A DNA stretch of 63,672 nt, filler included, from Octopus bimaculoides (taxonomy: Eukaryota): assembly GCF_001194135.2 (NCBI RefSeq). It is 4 parts of 4 records of this genome, joined end to end, with 100 filler letters (N's around TTAATTAATTAA, not from the genome) between each part and the next. Parts side by side here need not be neighbours in the genome. Positions count along the whole stretch, not along the records: positions 50,751 to 60,977 come from NC_068994.1; positions 61,078 to 63,672 come from NC_069003.1; 2 more parts are not named here. The stretch is one strand, 5' to 3'. Each line of letters begins with the position of its first letter. Positions within the stretch are counted from its first letter, which is position 1. This document shows positions 50,968-63,672 of the stretch, piece after piece. Under the pieces are notes generated by a model, which was not told the DNA's origin, did no database searches, and worked only from the letters and a program-made list of their open reading frames with translations. The translations under genes and the position numbers were made by a program.

Positions 50968-52128
50968 TACCTAAGTCCCCGAGGCATCAGTAATGACGGT
51001 GCTATTGATGAAAACTGTACATGATGAAAATTGCTAATCAGAGTAGGAGGATATAAATAAAAATGGCAGGATAGTAGGAAATTATATTTACCACTTCCCA
51101 AATATTGTATAGATTTGATTACTTTTCATATGCACAATATTTTGTAGTCAATGATTTACTTGTTGTTCTACATTATATTATAGTCTACAATGAAGGTTCT
51201 AACGGTGTTCTCTAACGTTGTACATCTATATGTATTCAAAACTACCAAAATATATGCATATTGATACATGACAAACAGATTACATACATTTTCTAAGAGT
51301 TTCCAGGGGAGAACAGGTTTAGGTTATGCAAAAGCTGCGCATTTACAACAAATTTGACTCCCTCCGTGCAAAAGTAACAAATGTACATAATAAGCATTAT
51401 TATTTACATTCATTGCAAAATTTCCTGAAGAACTATATTTCTTGTATGGACATGAGATGGTATCACCACATTTTTGGCCTTCTGAATTTTCAATGTGTAA
51501 TTCCAAAGTATTTTTGTTTTTTCTTTTTTTTTTTTTTTTGTTCTGCTTAAACCAAGTACTACATGTATGCAGTGTAAAACGGCTTAAGTTGAATACATGA
51601 TGCCTTTTGTAAGTTGATTATAAAAACAATTGTGGAATATAGTGGAATAAATGGAGAAAAATGATTAATAGTGGAATACAGTGGAATATATAGTGAAACA
51701 TATGAAGAATCTCATAATAATTCTGCTTGTCATTGCGTTACTTAGCCCGTCTGTAATGCTTTCATGTGATTAGAGAAAAAGAGGGAGAAAGAAAATAGGG
51801 AGAGAGTAAAAGAGGGAGGAAGAGAAAGGAGAGAGAAGCGTCCATGATGTGAGGTTGAGGGAATGTAATTGTAACGCTTTCACGTAATTAGTTGAAAGGA
51901 AAGAGAGGAGAAAGAAAAGGAAGAGAGAAAAAGAAGATAAGGTGAAGAGTGAGACAGAAAGAGGAGAAAGAAAAAGGGAGAAAAAGAAAAGGAGGGAGAA
52001 AAAAGCGTCCATGTGAGGTAGGAGGAGCATAATATTTATTATGGTTAAAGAAGTTATTAGAAGGTAGAGGAGGAGAGTTAAAATATAATTTTAGTAGAGA
52101 GGTGATGTTCTGGTGGCGAGGTTAATAA

Positions 52129-52160
<32 letters not shown>

Positions 52161-53948
52161 GAGGAGGAGGGAGAAAGAGAGAGAACAGTGAGACAGAGAG
52201 GGGAGAGAGAAACATGATGATGATGATGGTGGTGGAGATGGAAGTGGTGGTGATTGGATAGTGAAAAGTGTATTTTTTTAATTGAGCTAAGTTTTTTTTT
52301 ATATCGCCTATCACTTAACGCATGCGCTTAAGTGCAATTGAGTGAAAAATCACGCTTATATACGTGGCAGATATATACAAAAGGTTGCATCATTGTACGG
52401 GATATAAATTTTGTTTTGTTTAGGGGGAAAATGGAAAAATAAGAGTGAATATTTATTTTATCGGTGCTGTGTCTATAAAATTGTGCATAAAGTAAATAAT
52501 GTGTATATATAAAGTGCATTAAGTACTCATCGTATTCCAATTTCTTTCACTTTTCAATAAGTAGTAGATGAGCGACTATCCTTCGATACAGACACAACAC
52601 ACGCTACGTTTTCAGATTTTTTGGATAAAGCTTGCAGAAATAACCCAATAGGTTTACCATTAATTCCTTGAAATATTCATGGGCCCCGCTAGTAATAATT
52701 AATAGTGCAGTAAGTGTTAATGTAAATGTATAAAGTGTGTTGAATATAATTGATGACACAGCGTATTATATAGATTAATTAGATTTACTAATGATGAAAA
52801 GGAGAAAATTAATGTATTCACCAGGATTAATGAACATAAACACATTTGTTGTGCATTATGAAACAAAGAAGACAGCAGAATGAACTTTTGAATAAAAAAA
52901 AATGAACAGAAAGATTCTTGTCCGTGTTGAACAATTTAGAGTTCGTATCGAATGATTTAGAAAGTAAATCATATAAAGTGAACAAATTCAACAGCTTCAA
53001 ATGGGTTTTACTCAGAAAAAAGCATTTGTACAAAGATGCGTAGCGTTGTCAACACGCACGCACACACACGCGCGCACACATATTGATGGATATATATATA
53101 TATGTATATANNNNNNNNNNNNNNNNNNNNNNNNNNNNNNNNNNNNNNNNNNNNNNNNNNNNNNNNNNNNNNNNNNNNNNNNNNNNNNNNNNNNNNNNNN
53201 NNNNNNNNNNNNNNNNNNNNNNNNNNNNNNNNNNNNNNNNNNNNNNNNNNNNNNNNNNNNNNNNNNNNNNNNNNNNNNNNNNNNNNNNNNNNNNNNNNNN
53301 NNNNNNNNNNNNNNNNNNNNNNNNNNNNNNNNNNNNNNNNNNNNNNNNNNNNNNNNNNNNNNNNNNNNTATGTAGAAAGTCTTACAGCTGTTTCAGGGAA
53401 AATTCAATGTATCCCTTCATCAGAGACGGTAAAAGTAGAAGAATGGATCATTACATCTATATGAGGAGATTTACAGTAAGAAATGAGAGCGATGCGTAGA
53501 TAGAAAGAACAGAAGAAAAAAAGAAAAAGTACTTGGAGTATAATTCCATTCCAACAGTAAACATCCATGTAAAGAATCCGTGTGGGTATTTTCCAGAGAT
53601 AATTATAGTTGCAATGGTGGATATATATCATATCCAGTTTACTCTGTGCGTTGTTTACTTAAAGGACAGTCCGAAGTGAGTGGAAGATGTGTGTAGGATT
53701 AAGAGGTCAAGCCTTAAGGCAGGAAGGAAAGGAGCAGGAAATAATTTAAGGTAAAAATGAAGGTACTGGTGCCAGCAGTAGGCGATTGAGAGGTCAGTTA
53801 TACTGACAGGAAGGAAGTAAGAAGGAAAGAGAACAAAGGGAAGAAGATGGGGGTGGAAGCATAAGTTTAGTAAAGAAATGGATAGGTGGAGGAAAGGAGT
53901 GTGAGGAGGCAATGTGAAGAAGTAAGAGGGAGGTAGTTATAATTGTTT

Positions 53949-53994
53949 ACAGGAACCTTGAGACAGGAACCTTGAGACAGGAACCTTGAGACAG
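53949..53994. repeat. 14-bp tandem repeat x3
   Basis: (AGGAACCTTGAGAC)3. Confidence 0.95.
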
Positions 53995-54909
53995 ATTAAT
54001 AGTAACAGTGATTTTAAGGCCTAATTGACAAATAGTGTCAATGAAATTTTTCCTAAATCTATTGAGAGTCTTGACCATCCCAGCCATGAGATATTCCAAA
54101 CCCATTGTCTTGAACATGTGGCACAGTAGCCTGTCACCGAGGAGTTGAAAATTCTTAAGGATAAGTTAAAAGAGCTTGCACTGGAAAAAAACTGTCCAAA
54201 ACAATTCTTATTTTCTCACTGACCATCGTCCTTGTTTTTAAAAAATATATAATGCATCAACAGAGCCTGAAAGATTGCTTTAAGATACATGGCATATATA
54301 TANNNNNNNNNNNNNNNNNNNNNNNNNNNNNNNNNNNNNNNNNNNNNNNNNNNNNNNNNNNNNNNNNNNNNNNNNNNNNNNNNNNNNNNNNNNNNNNNNN
54401 NNNNNNNNNNNNNNNNNNNNNNNNNNNNNNNNNNNNNNNNNNNNNNNNNNNNNNNNNNNNNNNNNNNNNNNNNNNNNNNNNNNNNNNNNNNNNNNNNNNN
54501 NNNNNNNNNNNNNNNNNNNNNNNNNNNNNNNNNNNNNNNNNNNNNNNNNNNNNNNNNNNNNNNNNNNNNNNNNNNNNNNNNNNNNNNNNNNNNNNNNNNN
54601 NNNNNNNNNNNNNNNNNNNNNNNNNNNNNNNNNNNNNNNNNNNNNNNNNNNNNNNNNNNNNNNNNNNNNNNNNNNNNNNNNNNNNNNNNNNNNNNNNNNN
54701 NNNNNNNNNNNNNNNNNNNNNNNNNNNNNNNNNNNNNNNNNNNNNNNNNNNNNNNNNNNNNNNNNNNNNNNNNNNNNNNNNNNNNNNNNNNNNNNNNNNN
54801 NNNNNTATGAATTCAAGATTTGTAAACAAGCTGAAAATGTCTGTTCTCTGTTTCAATTTCAAGTTGTTTTCGGAGTTTGTATGTCTAAGTCTGTTTTCTT
54901 CCTTTGTAG

Positions 54910-55394
54910 GGTCATTTAACACTAACAGTTTTATACCTCAGAGTGGTGGAGAAGCACCCAACATTACTGATGATGACATTCCCGATGATGATTTAAATAG
55001 AACCAGTACTACAATAAATACCAGTGGTGTAACTGAAACAAGCACTAAGCCACAAACCAGTGACACAACAAAAACTACTGCAACACCGATGTGTCCTTGT
55101 GTTTGCGAAGATGTGACACAGCAGCCTCCCACTGAGAGGGAGTTGGAAATTCTTAAGGATAACTTAAAAAAAGAGCTTGCCGTGGATAAAAAGAAACTGT
55201 CCAAAACGATTCGAGCCAAAACCAGTGCCCCGGACGAACGACGATCGGCTCAAGGTATAGGATTTATTGGTGTGATACTTCTATCTGCTCTGCCTATCTT
55301 CATCTTCATTATAGACCTCCCACAACTCTATGCGGACATTAAGACTTTTTACGCGAATGTTTCTAGTTTGTGTTCCAATAGGACGCCACGCTAA
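54910..55394 (+). CDS. Terminal coding exon of a probable single-pass (type I) membrane protein: Thr/Ser-rich stalk, CxCxC motif, basic/coiled segment, C-terminal TM helix
   Basis: Pyrimidine-rich acceptor CTGTTTTCTTCCTTTGTAG|GG at 54909/54910 (phase 1), then 160 open codons to TAA at 55392-55394. Peptide ...NRTSTTINTSGVTETSTKPQTSDTTKTTATPMCPCVC...LKKELAVDKKKLSKTIRAKTSAPDERRSAQGIGFIGVILLSALPIFIFIIDL... resembles a C-terminal module I recall from many uncharacterised mollusc proteins (not searched). Upstream exons were not identified. Confidence 0.85.
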
Positions 55395-55529
55395 ACTTTC
55401 ATCCGTCAATTTTCTAGACGTAACGAGGAACTATTGCACGAGATATTTGGTATATACATACCTACATAGCATGTACGTATGTATATGTGTATGTATAAAT
55501 GTATATACGTATGATGCGTATATGTATAA

Positions 55530-55611
<82 letters not shown>

Positions 55612-57301
55612 TATATTCATAAACATTTTGCGTGTGTGTGCGTATGAATGCAAGTGTATATGTATACATGTGTGTATATATGCACATATATATATTTGTA
55701 TGCATGTGAGTATTATGTACGTGTGTAAATATATGTGTAAATACGCATCGATGTGTATTTGCTATTTATACCTATGCACGTTTCTATTTTTGCATTTATG
55801 CATTTGTGCATTCAACGATGTATGACACAGAATTTTCCTAGTTGTGGGGTCCCGGATTTGTTGCTTGTGTACCGTTAGTCTGTCCCTCAAGGTTAATCTA
55901 GTTTGACCTGTGTAGTCTTAACTTAGTATGACTGAAACTTTGATGATATTCATTTCTTGTCGATCACTACTAACACTAATGGACTTTGTACATTCAAACA
56001 ATTAATGCACATATGTATATGTATGCATTTACGAATGAGTGCATGTATGAAAGCTTATATATGTATTTTTGTATCAATATATACACGCACATATATGCAT
56101 TTATATAGACAATAAAAATACACCGAACTGGTCTATGAACGACGTCATCAAAATAAAATTCACGTCTTTTTGCGCGGAGAGCGTTCGTCAGTTGTAGCCA
56201 CCGAATCGCTATTCATGTTACATTAAGAACTGCTGACTTTTCATGTAAACTGCAAATAGCAAATTTCTTGAAATGCGCAAGGATTGGTCAAGTTGGAATT
56301 TATTAATTAAATGTACACGAAAAAGCAATTATGACCGTCGAATTCTATGCATGCTAGTGATAAAACGTGGCCTCGCAAAAACATGTATCTTTATAGCGAA
56401 TGACATCATTAGTCACGCAATTGTATATGTTTTTACACATAGACTACAAAGAGAATTTCTTTTCCTAGATACTTACTGCAACAAAGATCTTTCCATTTTT
56501 TGAGCCTACACAAACGTATTAGATATAAAATTACACTGCTTAGTGGGCATTTAGTAACTGCTTCACTGCTGTAGTAACAGTGTCACAAGACATTGGGTAA
56601 GACAGCATATATACCTTTTACTGATTACATGACAGATCAGCAGTTCTTATCGAACTATGAACAGTTTCGGTGAATGTAAGTTATGAAGCATAATTACACA
56701 GAAACACATATCATACAGTTCGATGGCATCATTAATATTCCAGTCCGGTATATCAGTTCAGTATGTCTTTATGCATAGCAACAAAAAGAAATTTTGTTTA
56801 CTTTGTTTTGTAATCACTTTTAGAACGACCGGTGTAAAATATTACCTTTCTATGATTCTGACTTAATCCTTATTGCTATAAACTTCCTTCTTTTCTTTGT
56901 TCTCTCTTATTCAATCCCCAACACTTCTTCACTATTTCTATTGATATGTGCTCTCATTTTAAAATGCCCTTTCATCCTTTATATATATATATATATATAT
57001 ATNNNNNNNNNNNNNNNNNNNNNNNNNNNNNNNNNNNNNNNNNNNNNNNNNNNNNNNNNNNNNNNNNNNNNNNNNNNNNNNNNNNNNNNNNNNNNNNNNN
57101 NNNNNNNNNNNNNNNNNNNNNNNNNNNNNNNNNNNNNNNNNNNNNNNNNNNNNNNNNNNNNNNNNNNNNNNNNNNNNNNNNNNNNNNNNNNNNNNNNNNN
57201 NNNNNNNNNNNNNNNNNNNNNNNNNNNNNNNNNNNNNNNNNNNNNNNNNNNNNNNNNNNNNNNNNNNNNNNNNNNNNNNNNNNNNNNNNNNNNNNNNNAT
57301 A

Positions 57302-57335
<34 letters not shown>

Positions 57336-57374
57336 CATATGCATGTATATATGTATATATACATACGTGTGTGA

Positions 57375-57446
<72 letters not shown>

Positions 57447-58129
57447 TATGTGTGTGCATGCGTGTATATATGTGTGGATATAAATGTAGATGTGACTAAA
57501 ATAAATAAAATCAATGATGAATGGTGTTCTTTGAGACTATAAATGTCCACTCCGTAAATTCTCATAGAAGTTAATGTATTCTCCGGCACCAATTCATACT
57601 ATTACTTACTTTTATCTTAATGTCTATAGTTGTAAATTGTATTTTCACCGTCACCTTGTTCTGTACTATTCATTATTATTTTTTTTTAACACGCCCACTT
57701 TGTTCTTTTTATATCTCGGTAACTTCGACTACAGTTTCTCTCGCATGGGAAGCAATTGATTTTTCTACAAGTCATTGTTTAACTTTGAATAAAATATTGC
57801 CTGATGAGTGTGTGAATTGCATATTGTATGATGAAACCCAATATATTGTATTAGCTTGCATTAAAATAAAGATCCTCAGCGAAAAAAATGCTGCATAATT
57901 TAAAATCCATTCGTTTGTTTATTAATATTTCGCGCTACACCTAGGATTCAACTGTTCGCTGAGTTACTAGAAAACAATTTGAATTGTGAATTACTCACTA
58001 GCTGTGTCCAGTCTTCATCGTTCCTTCCTACGTTACCCTGTGGGATTCTATCTAGCCAATCGGTGGTTTACTACACGTTGAGGTGCCACGATCTTTTTAT
58101 AAATCCTGTATAACTTAAATACACACACA

Positions 58130-58218
<89 letters not shown>

Positions 58219-58402
58219 TAGATGTGTATGTGAGTGTGCGGGTGTGTACTCGCGTGTGTGGATCTGTATTTATGTTTGTAAGTATGTATATAGGTGTGTG
58301 TATGTTTCTCTTTCTTCCGGTCATTTCATCACGTTGAACCGTTAACCCCAACACATCTTTTCTCTTTTCGTTTTTTTCGTTCTCCACTTTTTCCCTTTCA
58401 AT

Positions 58403-58439
58403 CTTTTCGATCGAAGAGCGTAGGTTCGAAACGCCAAAG
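58403..58439 (+). ncRNA. Decayed minimal hammerhead-like motif
   Basis: CTTT-TCGATCGA-A-GAGC(GTAG)GTTC-GAAAC-GCC-AAAG. Stems I and II pair; core and triplet are mutated. Confidence 0.3.
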
Positions 58440-58600
58440 ACTTTTTCATTCATCCCGAACGTCAAACTAATACACCTGCTTGTAGTTTCCTCCCATGTAC
58501 TCATACATATACACTCGCACAATATTACACGCATACATACAGATACACATACCCACATGTCCTCGGGTATCTGTTCATATAATAATATAATGGGCATGTA

Positions 58601-58812
58601 AGGCAGTGAGCTGGCAAAAATGTTAGCACGCCGGGCGAAATGCTTAGCGGTATTTCGTTTGTTTTTACGTTCTGAGTTCAAATTCCGCCGAGGTTGACTT
58701 TGCCTTTCATCCTTTCGGGGTCGATAAATTAAATATCAGTTGCATACAGGGATCGATCTAATCGACTGGTCCCCTCCCCCAAATTTCGGGCCTTGTGCCT
58801 AGAACAGAAAAG
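58601..58812 (+). mobile_element. SINE family B monomer with 17-bp target-site duplication
   Basis: AGGCAGTGAGCTGGC...GAGTTCAAATTCCGCC...GCCTTTCATCCTTTCGGGGTCGATAAATTAA (CORE-like)...CCTAGAACAGAAAAG, flanked by perfect AATATAATGGGCATGTA at 58584-58600 and 58813-58829. Confidence 0.95.
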
Positions 58813-59157
58813 AATATAATGGGCATGTATACAAAATCATACGCACATTCAGATTGAAATGGATACAAAGATCTGTTGTTGTAGAACTTTGTACATACAA
58901 TGCACACGCACACACGTGTTTATTTGGCCAAGCAAAAAGAATATTCTGTCATTGCATGCATGTATGAACATACAAGCTCTATGATAGATGATGCATATAC
59001 ATATATACACAGAGGTATACATACATACATATATACATACACACATATATATATACATACACATACACATACATATACGCATGAATACACATACACAAGA
59101 AATACTTCTATGCACACACACACACATATTCACTCTTATATATATACATAATGAACA

Positions 59158-59399
59158 ATGTGTCCTCACTATGCAAATCCTATGAAACAAAGAAACATGT
59201 ACAGAACCTCATGCACCGCATGCAATTCTCTGGATATGATCGGAAAGATAAGGTTCGGGTATACAGGGGTACAAGATAGCATTATATGTAATGAAACCAA
59301 TGGTACCTGTCTAGATATAGAAGCAAAGACTGGAATAGGATACAAAGAGTTTGTGACAAAGCAAACAAAGTGTTGCTTTACATTTTTTGTCCCAATGAG
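59158..59399 (+). other. Candidate exon (Cys-containing open frame ending at a canonical donor)
   Basis: Complex, non-repetitive 81-codon frame ending ATGAG|GTAAGT at 59399/59400. No clear acceptor and no recognisable domain. Confidence 0.25.
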
Positions 59400-59726
59400 G
59401 TAAGTGTCCGTATTTAAAATTGCTAGAAATGGTTAAGTTTTGGCTTATATTTTTCAATGAAGTAAGTTTCCTTATTTAATCTAACATGTGTTGGTGTTCC
59501 AATGGTACATTGATAAAATGGAAAGATTACAAATTGTGGTAGCAGTTGCTTTGCACATTTCTCAACGTGTTCGCTAAAGGGTATCATTCTGTATTCTGGG
59601 AATGCAATCTGCTGTCGGTGCAGTGTACCCTATATAGTTTTGGTGGCAGCTCGAGCATCTTATAATATAAATCAAGATTTCTGAGGCACAAGTAAAGTCA
59701 AATTTGATTTTTAATATTTGTCCCTC

Positions 59727-60507
59727 TGACATCTCATGTTAACGGATATATTTACCAAAATTACATAAAAGTATCTTGAAATACTAAAGAGTAAATTTAT
59801 TCAACAATGATCACCATTGGTCTCCTTGTTCAAATTGGTGAATGGTGCCATAATCCTTGACTTCAGTTCATTTTTGGTGTTACAAGGAGGTTTGTTGGTC
59901 TCACGAGCAATTGTGCCCCCCCCCCACACAATGATCAAGAGATTGCAGTCTGAAGAGTTAGGTGGCCAGATGTTAGGGGTGGCATGGCTGCAGAAATTGT
60001 CAGACAGCCATGACCGGGTTCTCCTACTTGTGTGACATGGTGCAGAATCTTGTTGCCAGACATAGGGTCTTCCAGTAGCCACCCTCTTGACCCAGGGTAG
60101 CACTACCTCCACCAGGCACTTGATGTAGGCCTCCGTGTTGAGTCTGATGCCGTGTGGGAAGATGAATGGAAGCACAACGTCGCCATCACTAGTGATCACT
60201 CCAAACACCGTGATGTTGACTGGATGTTTGGTTTTTATCACTCTCGGTACATATTTTGGGGATACTGCAAGCCAACGGTTGTTCTGTGTGTTCACCATCT
60301 GTTCGTATTGGTGCTTCCGGTGCGAATGCCAAGCAGTACAGCATATCGTTTCCTGGCAGAGTGAATTGCATCGTGCTGATGTTTTTTCTCATAGATGGTG
60401 CCCTGCTGACCCTACTAAACTGTGTAGTCGACAAAATTAAAAACAAACGATGCACATGTGAAAAAAATAAAAATAGAAAATGGCGACAATTTACCCATCG
60501 CACCCTG
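59727..60507 (-). mobile_element. Internally deleted maT-like (DD37D) transposon with one intact terminus
   Basis: TA|CAGGGTGCGATGGGTAAATTGTCGCC terminus at 60507. N-terminal remnant (MQFTLP / KRYAVLLGIRTGSTNT) joins NTQNNRWLA...VFGVITSDG...WQQDSAPCH(37 aa)...WPPNSSDCN. The third Asp codon GAT is present but out of frame. The other TIR is missing. Confidence 0.85.
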
Positions 60508-60513
60508 TATATA

Positions 60514-60850
60514 TCTATCTATATATATATATAAAAATGAGAATGTATGTGTGTGTGCGTCTGTGTGCTTCCCTAAAACTCGAGAACTACACAACCAATT
60601 TCATTCAAATTTTACACATGCCTTACTTAGGGTTCCGGTTGTATTTTAGTCAAAAAAATTTCAAAACTTCTTGCATAGTTCGAGCCCACAGCAACATCAT
60701 ATCTCCTCCACTATTTAAGTATTACGTGTCAAAAGTGAAACAAAAACACTCATGTCAAATACTTTCACTTTAAAAATGAAGCTATTCCACTAACTGAAAC
60801 AATCACATTTCGATACTGTAATGACAGATACTTTCACTTTACTGGTTTCA
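60514..60850 (+). mobile_element. Non-autonomous Helitron-like element, 5' portion
   Basis: Starts TCTATCTATATATATATATAAAAATGAGAATGT, then a short GT repeat, then AACTACACAACCAATTTCATTCAAATTTTACAC. This layout is typical of short Helitron derivatives. No 3' hairpin-CTRR end was identified. Confidence 0.5.
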
Positions 60851-63640
60851 TTTTCATACTGAATCTACTACAGTGAAACTATACTCTCACATATATACAT
60901 ACATACATACATACATATATACATACATACATATATACATACATACATATATACATACATACATATATACATACATANNNNNNNNNNNNNNNNNNNNNNN
61001 NNNNNNNNNNNNNNNNNNNNNTTAATTAATTAANNNNNNNNNNNNNNNNNNNNNNNNNNNNNNNNNNNNNNNNNNNNAATAAAAATACAAATAAGGGTAC
61101 AACAGGAAAAAAATAATAATAGTAATAATAAAGAATACATAAATGAAGGTATAGCATGTGGGACATGCAAAAATATAAAAAAGATATATGTCAAAAAACC
61201 CTTAAAAATACAAGGCACCCAACAAGCCCATAAACATTATAGATAGGTCGCTATAGGCACTCCAATGCACATATATATGTGTGGGTTCGTGTGCACAGCC
61301 TTACTCGGATGTCCCCTTACTCTCATGTGTGCATATACAAGTTATTATAAGCAAACATTCCACCACATACGTTGTTTGTGGTGTCAGCTCTATTAGCATC
61401 TAATTCCTCTAATTCCTTATGTACTTTGTACTTCTATATGTAAACCATGTTGGCAAAATAACATAGTCTGCCATGGACACCTGTGCTTTGGTTCTTTCTT
61501 TCTTTTTCTTTTCTTCCTTTTTTTGTCACTTTTGCTATGAATTAAATTAATGAATTCAACGGGATACACCGTCTGCAAGTAGTTGGGTTCAGCATATTAT
61601 CCTCCATTTTCTAATTGTTACACACACACATANNNNNNNNNNNNNNNNNNNNNNNNNNNNNNNNNNNNNNNNNNNNNNNNNNNNNNNNNNNNNNNNNNNN
61701 NNNNNNNNNNNNNNNNNNNNNNNNNNNNNNNNNNNNNNNNNNNNNNNNNNNNNNNNNNNNNNNNNNNNNNNNNNNNNNNNNNNNNNNNNNNNNNNNNNNN
61801 NNNNNNNNNNNNNNNNNNNNNNNNNNNNNNNNNNNNNNNNNNNNNNNNNNNNNNNNNNNNNNNNNNNNNNNNNNNNNNNNNNNNNNNNNNNNNNNNNNNN
61901 NNNNNNNNNNNNNNNNNNNNNNNNNNNNNNNNNNNNNNNNNNNNNNNNNNNNNNNNNNNNNNNNNNNNNNNNNNNNNNNNNNNNNNNNNNNNNNNNNNNN
62001 NNNNNNNNNNNNNNNNNNNNNNNNNNNNNNNNNNNNNNNNNNNNNNNNNNNNNNNNNNNNNNNNNNNNNNNNNNNNNNNNNNNNNNNNNNNNNNNNNNNN
62101 NNNNNNNNNNNNNNNNNNNNNNNNNNNNNNNNNNNNNNNNNNNNNNNNNNNNNNNNNNNNNNNNNNNNNNNNNNNNNNNNNNNNNNNNNNNNNNNNNNNN
62201 NNNNNNNNNNNNNNNNNNNNNNNNNNNNNNNNNNNNNNNNNNNNNNNNNNNNNNNNNNNNNNNNNNNNNNNNNNNNNNNNNNNNNNNNNNNNNNNNNNNN
62301 NNNNNNNNNNNNNNNNNNNNNNNNNNNNNNNNNNNNNNNNNNNNNNNNNNNNNNNNNNNNNNNNNNNNNNNNNNNNNNNNNNNNNNNNNNNNNNNNNNNN
62401 NNNNNNNNNNNNNNNNNNNNNNNNNNNNNNNNNNNNNNNNNATATTAGATATTTTAGTAGATATGTATGTTCTTCTAAATTCATTTTAATTTAAACTTTC
62501 TTGGTAGTAATGTCGTGATGATAAGCTTCTTGTTTCGTTAATTACCCTTTAAATCTTCTGAAGGTTTTGCAGATTTTTATAGCCTGAGATGTGTATATTT
62601 TTGAATGCATGGACATTTGTGTGTATGCTTTTATGCATGTTTCTATCAATGTATGTACCTCGGAGGGTGCGTATGCATTATACATGTGAGCGTATTTCTG
62701 TACCTCTTTTATGTATGGATATCTACATATCTACATCCATCTCATATTCTGTAAGTCTATCTATCTATCTATCTATCCATCTATCCATCTCTCTCGCTCT
62801 CTCTCTCTATCTATCTGTCCGTCTCAGTATCTGTCCTTGTCTCTGTCTGACTCCATCTCTCTCTCTCTCTCTCCCTCTGTATCAATCTAGTTAGCGAGCT
62901 TTCTACATATATGTGTGTAGATGTGTATATACATTTACATATATTTATATATTTCTCTCTCTCCCTCTCTCTCTCTCTTTTTCACTCATTTTTTTATCTA
63001 TATATATATATGTATATATGAGGGTGTGTGTATGTATGTGTGATACTTGCGTGCCATTGTATGGAGTCTGTGCGTCGATGATGACGTGGTATGTGTGTAC
63101 GCTCCTGCGTACACACATCGCTTGACAACCGATGCTGATGTGTTTACGTCCCTGCAACCTAGCGGTTCGGCAAATGAGACCAATAGAATAAGTGCTACGT
63201 TTACAAAGATTAAGGTGGTGCTCCAGCTTGGCCACACTCAAATGACAGAAACAAAAGAATAAAAGAATATAAGTATATAGCTACACGTGTATGTATTTGT
63301 GCACATTGCACATTATATTTATATATATATATGTGCTTGTGTGTGCACATATATATATCCATATATATATATATATATATATGGTGGCTAGCTTTATAGT
63401 GAATGTCCACACATACATTTATACACGCATACATAAATACATACACGCTAACACATATATTTACGCAGCAACAAAAATTACATATAGATATATCTACATA
63501 CTCTAGCTTGCTTACCAGCCATATGGTTCCGGGTTCAGTTCCACTGCGTTGCACCTTGGGTAAGAGTCCTCTACTATGGTCTCGGGCTGACCAAAGCATG
63601 GTGAGTGGATTTGGTAGACGGAAAATGAAAGAAGCCCGTC

Positions 63641-63672
<32 letters not shown>

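Noticed and set aside
56150-56200. Minus-strand CTGACGA-A-CGC(TCTCC)GCG-CAAA
   Set aside because: G12 is absent, and there is no stem III, NUH or stem I pairing.
56649-56724. Imperfect 76-nt hairpin (pre-miRNA-like)
   Set aside because: Several large bulges in AT-rich sequence; not beyond chance without small-RNA data.

Overview
Eukaryotic, AT-rich, microsatellite-saturated draft-genome DNA with about 8 kb of N gaps. The repeat content (tRNA-headed SINEs, Penelope-like elements, mariner/maT remnants, dense CA/TA/CT/TACA repeats) and one mollusc-type exon point to a cephalopod, probably Octopus; this is inference, not database-checked. No rRNA, CRISPR or prokaryotic operon is present. Three 100-bp spacers (44 N + TTAATTAATTAA + 44 N) are artificial joins, so adjacency across them is unproven. 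Only one host coding exon is convincing: 54910-55394 (+), the terminal exon of a single-pass membrane protein. The rest is SINEs (at least 3 families), decayed Penelope-like elements (PLEs), two maT-type DD37D transposon remnants, a mariner 5' end, an R4/Dong-like RLE fragment, two tandem ORF1-only L1/Tx1-like copies, a Helitron-like end and several long palindromes. The main unannotated signals are: (1) at least 7 minimal type I hammerhead-ribozyme-like motifs, one nearly intact (50337-50396) and several inside divergent inverted duplications; (2) a 217-codon in-frame mariner-HTH / Penelope GIY-YIG chimera broken by a single TGA; (3) 282-bp and 677-bp near-perfect palindromes.
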